Shown in pieces: positions 56,497-64,000 of a stretch of DNA of 64,000 nucleotides. The translations under genes were made by a program, and so were the position numbers. Numbering within the stretch: the stretch's first letter is position 1; every line of letters begins with the position of its first letter. Where the stretch lies: NCBI GenBank assembly GCA_965644315.1, contig CBFFRQ010000044.1, positions 310,001 to 374,000 on the forward strand, read 5' to 3'. The DNA comes from Caecitellus pseudoparvulus (lineage: Eukaryota > Protista > Bigyra: Bicosoecida). Below the pieces are notes generated by a model. It saw only the letters and a list, made by a program, of their open reading frames with translations, searched no databases and was not told where the DNA came from.

Positions 56497-59400
56497 CTAC
56501 TCATCCCCCTCAAGCCAGCCAGCCAGCACCTCTTGCACATCATCCTTCGTCAGAGGCGCAGCGGTGACCAGAAGTGGAGCAGAGCGCCATTCGCGCTCTG
56601 TGCCTGCCTTGAGTGGCTCTGGCACTCGGGGGCGTTTCGACGCTGGCCCATCCCCTTGCAGCAACGCTGCTACGTGCTGCATCAGCTCAGGTGTGCCACT
56701 GTCCCACACACGGGAGGGGTGTGGGAACCCCCCCCATCCGCGCATGTACCGATTCCACTTGCCCAGTCGACTGGTTGGTCGCCACAGACGGCGCAGGTAC
56801 GGGTCTGTGAAAAGAGCTCCATGCACAACTGATGTGGCAGCCGGTGAACCTGCAAGCTTAAAACTCCCGACCGACACGCCTGGGACCGCCGGTGGCTCCT
56901 CTATGGCACTACTTGCATCATATTCGCCGCCCTGCAGTTGCCCATCCTGGGCTTCTGCCGCCTCACCAGCAGCTGCAAGCGACCCCGGTGCATCGTGCAA
57001 TCCCTGAAGCAAAGACGCTCGCCGGTGGGCCTCTCTTGCTACCTGCCCCTGCACACTCAAGCCCACAGCTGCCTCAAGGGCGTGTGTGTACACAATGGGG
57101 AGGCGCTTGCCGGCACCAGTCAAAGTCCACGGAGGGGTGCGCGCTGCCAAGTCGGAACCGCTCCCCTCCGCCCAAAGTGCGAACCGACTTGGGGCGTCGG
57201 TGGCCTGCACCACCCATGCAAATGCTTGAGATGGTGGTGATCCAGGCACCAAACAGGTACAGAACAGGGCTAGTGTGTCGGCTTGTCGCACGATGCGGTC
57301 TGGCGTGAGTTGTGCCGCCAGGTCAGCGCCCAGCTCAACGCGAGCTCGAGCAACTAGTGCTGCCAACGTTAGCGGCACGGTGGCGGCACAGCGCACCCAT
57401 GCCGCCGCAGTTGGATTCATGGGAGCAGCCGCGCCGGCCACCGCATACTTTTGCACGTCTTGTGTTCTTGGGACAGCAGCCCGGGTGTCGCTTTGTGAAG
57501 TGGCGACGAGCGACTCGCTGGCCAGACCAGCAGTTGTAACGCTCAATGAGGCGCCCGCCATACCCCACTGAAGTCGTGCCAGGCCAAGGGATGGGCGCAC
57601 GACATCTGTTTGAGACCCACTCAGCAGTTGGCCCACGTCTCCTGCGCGAACAGTACCGCGCGCGCCATGCAATGCTGCTCCGCCGACAAAGCGAGCGAGC
57701 GTGCTGCGAGAAGCCAGCACTGACCAAGCCCAGCCCTGCGATGGGTGGCTGTCCATCACGGCCCGCATGTTAAGGGCCACGCATGGCCCATCACTGCTGG
57801 GCTGCCCCACAATGCGCAGCGGAGGGGGGGTGGCATGACTTGGGGGAGCAGCCTCCTCACCACTGCTGGACGTATCCGAGAAGTACTCCTCCAGCATCCC
57901 ACTTCCTGGCGCCCCCGGCACGACGAGCCTGGCCAATTCCCCAGCCACACGCAGCAAGCCGCTCTCTGGTTCCTCCGAGACTTCTGGCACAGCGTCTGCA
58001 CCTAGCAAGGAGCGCAAAGTGTCGCTCAGGCCCGGGACACTGACTCCAGCAAGAGTCAGCAAGGCAGGCGCAACAGCACGCGCACTCTCACACCAGGCTC
58101 GCAAGATAGCTGCAGTGACTTGCACTTGTACAGCTGGCGACAAGCCCACGCGGCAGGCTGCAGCCACAGAGTGCCAGTCGACACTGCCGATCACCGCATC
58201 GATGTGATGTTGCATCCACGCTGCGTCCGCGCCAGCTACCTCCTTTTCGCGGCTTTCGACAATATCGCACAGCTCCTCCAATGCCTGCACTTGCGTTGCA
58301 GTGGCATGGTGTGCGGCGCTCACCACGGCATCCACCCTGCGCTGCAAGCGCTCGGGCAGGCTGCACTCCTTCTGCCACGCAGCCGAGATGCTGGGGGGCA
58401 TGCCGTCGGTGCACGCGACCTGCTGCAGGAGCGGACCTGGCTCCCGCATGCCTCGTGTCGCTGGTAGGGAGCTCGCAGTGCTGTGTGCATCAGGCCACAG
58501 CGCATCAGGGCCGCCAGAGGCCGCCTCATCCTCCTCCACTGCCCCCGTCATCGCCACCTCACCCCCGCCGGAACCCAGCCCAGCGTCAGACTCCTTGTCG
58601 TAGCTTGACGCCCCTCCCAGTGCAGACGATGCCTCGGCCAATCCTGCGCTTCTGTTCCCTGCGCTCCTCGCATCTGGCGCTGGGGATCTGTCCATAGCAG
58701 CAATAGCAGCATCAAACGCGTCGTTGGGCTGGCAGGCTCCGGGCGTCGTGGGTTCTTCAACAAAAGACAACGTGGAGGTGTTCAAATCGCACGACATGGC
58801 AGCATTTGCCACCCGTGATACAGCTGCGGCTGTCTGCAGCGGGTCGTCTGCCACCGGGGCTGCGACTAGCACCGAGTCCGCGCACCGGACTGCTGCCAAG
58901 CCGTCTGCAGATGAGTGGCGGACCACATTGCCTGCCTGCTGCACTGCGCAACGCAGGGCAGCTAGTGCCTGGAACGCTGGACGGAGAGCTCGCCGGACCG
59001 TGCGGGGAAGAGCAGATGCAGCTGCGCTATTATGGGGTGAGGAGTGCAGCCTGTGACAGATGGGGGCTGACAGCTTTGACGCCCTTGCCAGCCAGCCGTT
59101 GCTTGCCGATGCCTGCACTGGGGGCGGTGCTGGTGGCTGGAGGCGGGGGCCACCTTTGGGGCGTGTGGACATTGGCAGGCACACTGCTGCGCGAGCAGCC
59201 CACTCAAAGGCAGCAGCCACGGCGCATGTGGCTTGCGCTGGAGCATGGCTCAGAACATCGTGCAAGGCAGACCGCAGCGGAGCCGGCAGTACGTCCCAGG
59301 GCATCGCTGTCGATGAGGCACTACCTTGATGCAAGCGATTCGCTTCTTTGGCTGCTAAGACAGCCAAAGCGGTCGCGGCAGATGTGAAGACGGGGCTTTG

Positions 59401-61713
59401 CGAGGACAAGCCAGGCCACGCACCTGACCCAGCAAGTGCCAACAGGTACGGGGCACACGGGTCCTCAGCAGCTTGCCGCTTGCCTGCCGAGTCACTGACC
59501 CACTCTGCTAGACATGACAGCCCTGCACTGTTGCCCAGGCGCGTGAACCTGCGGTGGTCGGAGGCTGCGACCACCTCGCGCTGCCACGTCGCCACTTGAG
59601 AGAGTACAGTGCCGGTAGAAGCACCGCCCCCACCCACTTGCACGTGCACATCTACGATATCAGAGGTTGGTGCTGAAAGCTTGCTGCTGCGTCGTTTACG
59701 CGGGGAGCAAGCCGCGATGACTGACGCAAAGCGCCTCACGCTGCGCTCCCACAGAGAAGTGTCGTTCAGCACGCCGAACGCCTGGCGAAGCACTGCGCCA
59801 CAGTCGTCGCCCCCCCCACGCGCCACACGACGGAAATGCGCAGCGTGCTGCAACAGAGAGGCTGAGGTGACTGGTGGTGTGTGCGTGACGCTCCGGTGAG
59901 GCCTGCTCAAGTCGACGCCCTCGGAGCTCTCGGGGGAGGAGTGGGCTTGGGCTCCTCCCTCGTGAATGAGCTGGGGCTGCAGGGAGGTGGATGCTGTCAG
60001 GCGCAGCACCGTGCCCTGCCGTGTGACAGCTACAATGCTCACACTTGCCTGTCCACCCACATCGCTGTCCAGGCTGTCGGCCTGCCACGCACGAAGAGGG
60101 TTGAACTGTGCGGTGCAGGCCTCCCTGGGGGGCAAGGCTTGCAGTCGCGCAATGTAATCATCGATGTATACCTTGCAAGTGCCTCCTGCCTGCGTCCCAA
60201 TGCGAGATGGGCCAGAAGCCTGCAGGCGCAGCTGGGGCGGTGTGCTGCGGCCGGCAAGCATGCCGCTGCTCATGGCTTCCAGTCGGGTCCCAGGCCCGCT
60301 GGTACCGGTGTTGTAGGTGTGCAGGAGGGCAAAGACATCCGTGTCACTGTGTCCTGCGGCAGTTCCTGGCGTTGATGGGGGGGCTGGCAACGGAGCCCTG
60401 GGCTCCGGAGGTGGCACGTGCACCGCAGGCACGGCCCAGGCCTCTCCAGATTGAAAGCTGACGTTGAGCTGGTCAGCGCTGCCTTGGGAAAGAGCAGACT
60501 CCTCACGTGGGTCTTCAGGCTGCTGACTTGTCGTTATGCTGAGAAATGTGATGGTGGCGCCATGGTGCACAAGGAACACCCCGCCAACCAGCCACCGCCC
60601 GGGTGAGTCAAACGTTGGCTCGGCCAAGCAAACAGCGCTTGGCAGCTGAACTGCCTCTGCCAGTACGCCACAGCCATCGGTGTGCACAGCGCTGTTGGGG
60701 GCGTCTGCGTGCTGGGCGGGCAGATCCAGGGCGGCGAGGCAGACAGCGAGGGGTGGCCCGCTTTCTCTGGCATGCAGCTGCAGCAAAGTGACCGTACCTG
60801 CTGCCACAGCCACGAGGCATGGCTGGGCACAGCCTACAACCACAGCCTTCGCAACGCACTGTAGGGCATCTTGCCCAAGTGGTGCTAGTGGGTTGGGGGA
60901 TTGCAGTGCGCGATTGGGGGCTTGACTTTGCGCGTGTGGAAGCTGCCAAACCCAGACAGGCTGCAGACCTGCCCTGGCCCAGAACACTCCTTTGCGCCCC
61001 CACCAGAGTCCAGGAAAGCCGGGACAGGGGTGGGTAGGAGGTATGTCACAGCAGAGGCCCTCTGCCGAGAATGAGAGGCTGCGCTGCATGAGCGGCAGCA
61101 GTGGGTGGGAAACGACATCCTGGTCGTCAGGGTTGGGGGGTTCGCTCGGCCAAACAGTCGTGGCTAGACTGGCCCAGGAACCACCAGCACAGGTGAGACA
61201 ACAAGCTGAAGCCCTGCCTCGCACCCAGAGTTGGTCGTTGGTCTCCCATGCACACTCTGTAAAGTCACCACGTTCTGAGTGCTCCAGGGAGATGCATGGT
61301 GTAGGGTGTCCAGTGAGGGTGTAGATTCTCACCTGGCTGCTGGTGAACACTGCCACAGTGCCAGCGCCCGGCGCACTTGAGAGGTGCTGAATGTGCTCGC
61401 TTTCCTCTTGTGTAACAACAGCGCGCATCCCTGATTGGGCGAGGACAGCCACGGCCCAAGTTGTGGGTGTGGCCTGCACAGCGACCCAGCTGGGTTCCGA
61501 ACTCGCACCCTGCACACCAGGCGAAGAAAACTGCGAGGCAGCGGGGGATGCTGTCACAGGAAGAGAAGATTTGAGGTGTTTCTTGACTTCTCCTAACTCG
61601 TGAGCAGTGATCCAAGGGAGCGGGGAGGGCACTCCTGCGCGGCGTGCGGATGCGAAACTCTGAAACGCTGCCACAAGGGCAGACCCAGCTCTCAGCCGTC
61701 TCACCTTGGCCAT
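56497..61713 (-). CDS. Large (1738 aa) hypothetical protein, possibly a highly diverged RIC1 (Rab6 GEF subunit)
   Basis: 5.2-kb stop-free ORF. N-terminal AVFTSSQVRIY..P..I...G.F...W...L.V and C-terminal VARARVE...ALFCTCL weakly resemble RIC1 motifs. Confidence 0.45.
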   Translation of the reverse strand: MAKVRRLRAGSALVAAFQSFASARRAGVPSPLPWITAHELGEVKKHLKSSLPVTASPAASQFSSPGVQGASSEPSWVAVQATPTTWAVAVLAQSGMRAVVTQEESEHIQHLSSAPGAGTVAVFTSSQVRIYTLTGHPTPCISLEHSERGDFTECAWETNDQLWVRGRASACCLTCAGGSWASLATTVWPSEPPNPDDQDVVSHPLLPLMQRSLSFSAEGLCCDIPPTHPCPGFPGLWWGRKGVFWARAGLQPVWVWQLPHAQSQAPNRALQSPNPLAPLGQDALQCVAKAVVVGCAQPCLVAVAAGTVTLLQLHARESGPPLAVCLAALDLPAQHADAPNSAVHTDGCGVLAEAVQLPSAVCLAEPTFDSPGRWLVGGVFLVHHGATITFLSITTSQQPEDPREESALSQGSADQLNVSFQSGEAWAVPAVHVPPPEPRAPLPAPPSTPGTAAGHSDTDVFALLHTYNTGTSGPGTRLEAMSSGMLAGRSTPPQLRLQASGPSRIGTQAGGTCKVYIDDYIARLQALPPREACTAQFNPLRAWQADSLDSDVGGQASVSIVAVTRQGTVLRLTASTSLQPQLIHEGGAQAHSSPESSEGVDLSRPHRSVTHTPPVTSASLLQHAAHFRRVARGGGDDCGAVLRQAFGVLNDTSLWERSVRRFASVIAACSPRKRRSSKLSAPTSDIVDVHVQVGGGGASTGTVLSQVATWQREVVAASDHRRFTRLGNSAGLSCLAEWVSDSAGKRQAAEDPCAPYLLALAGSGAWPGLSSQSPVFTSAATALAVLAAKEANRLHQGSASSTAMPWDVLPAPLRSALHDVLSHAPAQATCAVAAAFEWAARAAVCLPMSTRPKGGPRLQPPAPPPVQASASNGWLARASKLSAPICHRLHSSPHNSAAASALPRTVRRALRPAFQALAALRCAVQQAGNVVRHSSADGLAAVRCADSVLVAAPVADDPLQTAAAVSRVANAAMSCDLNTSTLSFVEEPTTPGACQPNDAFDAAIAAMDRSPAPDARSAGNRSAGLAEASSALGGASSYDKESDAGLGSGGGEVAMTGAVEEDEAASGGPDALWPDAHSTASSLPATRGMREPGPLLQQVACTDGMPPSISAAWQKECSLPERLQRRVDAVVSAAHHATATQVQALEELCDIVESREKEVAGADAAWMQHHIDAVIGSVDWHSVAAACRVGLSPAVQVQVTAAILRAWCESARAVAPALLTLAGVSVPGLSDTLRSLLGADAVPEVSEEPESGLLRVAGELARLVVPGAPGSGMLEEYFSDTSSSGEEAAPPSHATPPPLRIVGQPSSDGPCVALNMRAVMDSHPSQGWAWSVLASRSTLARFVGGAALHGARGTVRAGDVGQLLSGSQTDVVRPSLGLARLQWGMAGASLSVTTAGLASESLVATSQSDTRAAVPRTQDVQKYAVAGAAAPMNPTAAAWVRCAATVPLTLAALVARARVELGADLAAQLTPDRIVRQADTLALFCTCLVPGSPPSQAFAWVVQATDAPSRFALWAEGSGSDLAARTPPWTLTGAGKRLPIVYTHALEAAVGLSVQGQVAREAHRRASLLQGLHDAPGSLAAAGEAAEAQDGQLQGGEYDASSAIEEPPAVPGVSVGSFKLAGSPAATSVVHGALFTDPYLRRLWRPTSRLGKWNRYMRGWGGFPHPSRVWDSGTPELMQHVAALLQGDGPASKRPRVPEPLKAGTEREWRSAPLLVTAAPLTKDDVQEVLAGWLEGDE

Positions 61714-62015
61714 CGTACACCACCAGCGGAGAGGGGAAGAAATTCATCCTTTCAACTCCTATGTGTGCCCTGCCCTTCTCGCCCGCTCGTCGTTTCTGGG
61801 CGTCTGGGAGCGCTGGGCGTGAAGCATATGAGACTGGTTCGGGCAAGCTTTGGCGTGAAGGATACGCCCAGCACACTGCCTTGCAGCAACGCTCAGCAGC
61901 GAGAACGGCACGCACGGCCCAGTCTCCTGTTGACCGTTGCATTGTGTTCCCTGTCTGAAAGCATCGCCCCCCCCCCTGACAGCATCACGACGCAGCCCCC
62001 GAACGCGACAGCGAG

Positions 62016-64000
62016 TCACAGCCTGGCCATCATGGGCAGCTCAGCCGACACCGTGAGGGAGAAGGGGTCTGACCTCAAGGGAACAGGGGCGGCCTTGCGG
62101 AACTGGGCGATGGTGCTGGCCAGCGCGCTCAGCGCCTTGCGGGAGGCGTATCGCGGCGCCAGCGCGACGCAGGGCACACTCTTCTCCCGGAACCGCCGCT
62201 GGCCAGGGGCCACTGTGCCCTGCCCCACGCTCGCCGACACCTCGCTGGGCTTGGCTTGGGCAGTGACGAGCACACCCCAGTCCACCAGGGTGGCCATGGC
62301 GTTGTTGAGGGTTTCCAGCGCACACGCCTCATAGTAGCTGATGATGCGCTGGTGAAAGAGCGTCTCCGCAAGCCACTGTGTGCGCCCCGCCAAATCGGCA
62401 CGGGGTGCGAAGCAGGTGAGGGGGATGCCGCCCACACTGCCGGCAGCGGAGGTGTCTGCCAGCCCAGCGGGCGCCATGGGCAGTGCCGCCAGCGCCAGCA
62501 CGGTGACCCAGTACGAGTCCAGGAACGGCCACAGCATGGAGCATGCCAGGGAAAACGCAGGGCCTCGCGCCACACACACCTTGGCTGCAGGGTGCAGCCC
62601 CGCCGCCTCAGCACGGCCCTGCACAGCCTGGGGCAAGCTGCTCGGAACCGATGGAGCACCTGCAGCTTCAGAAGGCGCTGCACCAGGGGTGGCAGCAGCC
62701 CCTCCAGAGCCCATGAGCGCAGACCAGGCTGCAGAGACGGCGGTGGTGGAGGTTTTCGCCGTGTCCGGGGTGGGACGGGGCCCGTCACTCTCCGCACACG
62801 CGAGCTGGAATGTGCCCTGCTCCAGTGCGTCAAGCAGACCCCCCACTGCGTCACTCACTGTGCATGGTGCCGCTGTGTCTGCGACAGCTTGCACCGTGGC
62901 CTGCCGCTGTCGAAGCGGCGCCAAGCAGGAGAACGGGTGCGTGTCGGCAACTGACACCATGGACCGCTCACGCACCAGTTCCCGACGCAGGAGGGCGTCC
63001 AAAAACAACACGGAAGGCAGAACAGCCGACCAGGCAACGCAGTGCTGCCCTGCATCGGAGTCAGAGTCCAGGCCGTCTGCTGCAGCCTGCAACTGGCGGC
63101 CCTCTGCCACCGCTGTGGCTGCGAACATGGCAATGGCCCAAATGCCCTCCAGCGACCACCACTGCAGCAGCTTGTTCCGGTAATAGCCCAGGGCGATCCA
63201 GCGACCGTAGTCCTCCCGCCGCGACACGTTGGGCGCAAACACTTGCCGGCCCTCGGCATCAGTCACGAGAGGTGACAGCAGGTCCAGCGCGACCTTCGGC
63301 AGTTGGCGTCGCTGCTGTCCTTCAGTGCACGCGACTCGCCCACCCCGGGCGACCACCTGCCGACGCAGCCACTCCACCTGCTTGACAAGACTGGCCATGC
63401 CGATGCCCTGGCGGTACTGCAGGCACAGTGTTGCGACGAGGTGTGTTGGCATGGCGGCCGTGCTGCCGTGAATGGCGCCCACCAGGCGGTTCGCGACAGC
63501 ACGCATCAGCGGTGCACGGGCAGCTGACTCGCGGTACGCCACGTTGCAGTCTGTCGGCCCTGGCGCAGGTTCTCCAACACAGGTGATGCGTGGCATGTCC
63601 AGGTCACGTGCTAGCTGGGGCAGGAGGGAGTGGGCCGAGATGGGCGCGCCGAACGTCAGCGCGATGCGGCCGAAGGACTGGGACAGCACTTGGGCAGATT
63701 TGAGCAGGTTCCCGAGGGTTTCCTTGGGCTTGCGCTGACCCAGGAGCTCAGACGAATACAGAAGCGTCTCCAGCGGGCGCTCGTAGTCAAGGGAAATGGG
63801 CACGATCCAAGCCTTGGACAGGCGGCCGTCAAGCAGCGGTTCTAGGGCCATATCCAGCATTCCATACCGCGGCAGCAGCATCTTGCCACTGCGGCTGCGG
63901 GTGCCCTCGATGAAGAACTCCACCACTTGGTTGTGCACTAGGAGAGTCTGCATGTATGCGCGGAGGATGGCGGAGTACAGGGCGTCGTCGCGAAAGGAGC
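62016..64000 (-). CDS. GNPAT: PlsB-family acyltransferase, likely peroxisomal DHAPAT/GNPAT (5' end outside window)
   Basis: Acyltransferase blocks EFFIEGTRSRSGK and IVPISLDYE, plus YYRNKL. The protein ends ARL*, a PTS1. Confidence 0.8.
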   Translation of the reverse strand, partial: SFRDDALYSAILRAYMQTLLVHNQVVEFFIEGTRSRSGKMLLPRYGMLDMALEPLLDGRLSKAWIVPISLDYERPLETLLYSSELLGQRKPKETLGNLLKSAQVLSQSFGRIALTFGAPISAHSLLPQLARDLDMPRITCVGEPAPGPTDCNVAYRESAARAPLMRAVANRLVGAIHGSTAAMPTHLVATLCLQYRQGIGMASLVKQVEWLRRQVVARGGRVACTEGQQRRQLPKVALDLLSPLVTDAEGRQVFAPNVSRREDYGRWIALGYYRNKLLQWWSLEGIWAIAMFAATAVAEGRQLQAAADGLDSDSDAGQHCVAWSAVLPSVLFLDALLRRELVRERSMVSVADTHPFSCLAPLRQRQATVQAVADTAAPCTVSDAVGGLLDALEQGTFQLACAESDGPRPTPDTAKTSTTAVSAAWSALMGSGGAAATPGAAPSEAAGAPSVPSSLPQAVQGRAEAAGLHPAAKVCVARGPAFSLACSMLWPFLDSYWVTVLALAALPMAPAGLADTSAAGSVGGIPLTCFAPRADLAGRTQWLAETLFHQRIISYYEACALETLNNAMATLVDWGVLVTAQAKPSEVSASVGQGTVAPGQRRFREKSVPCVALAPRYASRKALSALASTIAQFRKAAPVPLRSDPFSLTVSAELPMMARL

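Noticed and set aside
1-64000. Hundreds of overlapping or antisense ORFs (e.g. 9986-11260, 12739-13902, 17465-18520, 28659-29828)
   Set aside because: They are expected shadows of high-GC coding DNA, carry no motifs, and overlap well-supported genes.
1-64000. CRISPR arrays, tRNA/rRNA, integrated virus or non-standard genetic code
   Set aside because: No repeat-spacer arrays, recognisable RNA genes or low-GC island were seen. Conserved genes end at TGA, TAG or TAA as expected.

Overview
This is a gene-dense, GC-rich eukaryotic (protist-type) region. Short GT-AG spliceosomal introns (mostly ~65-140 nt, donors GTGCGT/GTGAGT) join the ORF fragments into about 26 genes. The lineage cannot be fixed from the sequence; a compact stramenopile-like genome is only a guess. 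Recognisable genes: PTEN-C2/PH protein, COG0523/CobW GTPase, TmcB-like PAS membrane protein, RhoGAP-fold protein, DNA ligase I, ECHDC1, ARFRP1, TTC39/IML2, FG-GAP protein, PI-PLC-like enzyme, Tom40, TMEM256, TDH, ESF2/ABT1, USP20/33-like protease, ankyrin proteins, and a PTS1-bearing DHAPAT. Four things stand out. (1) A multi-pass membrane protein fused to LRRs and a group I truncated hemoglobin. (2) Its membrane module aligns motif-for-motif with the membrane module of the TmcB/PAS protein ~14 kb away, suggesting one scaffold with swappable sensor domains. (3) A tandem trio of paralogues shares an unrecognised ~130-aa C-terminal domain with an AP2-like pattern, set in unusually long intergenic spacers. 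(4) An intronless RuvC-like nuclease gene. I saw no tRNA, rRNA, CRISPR array or clear mobile element. All calls come from reading motifs by eye; no searches were run, and exon boundaries are predictions.
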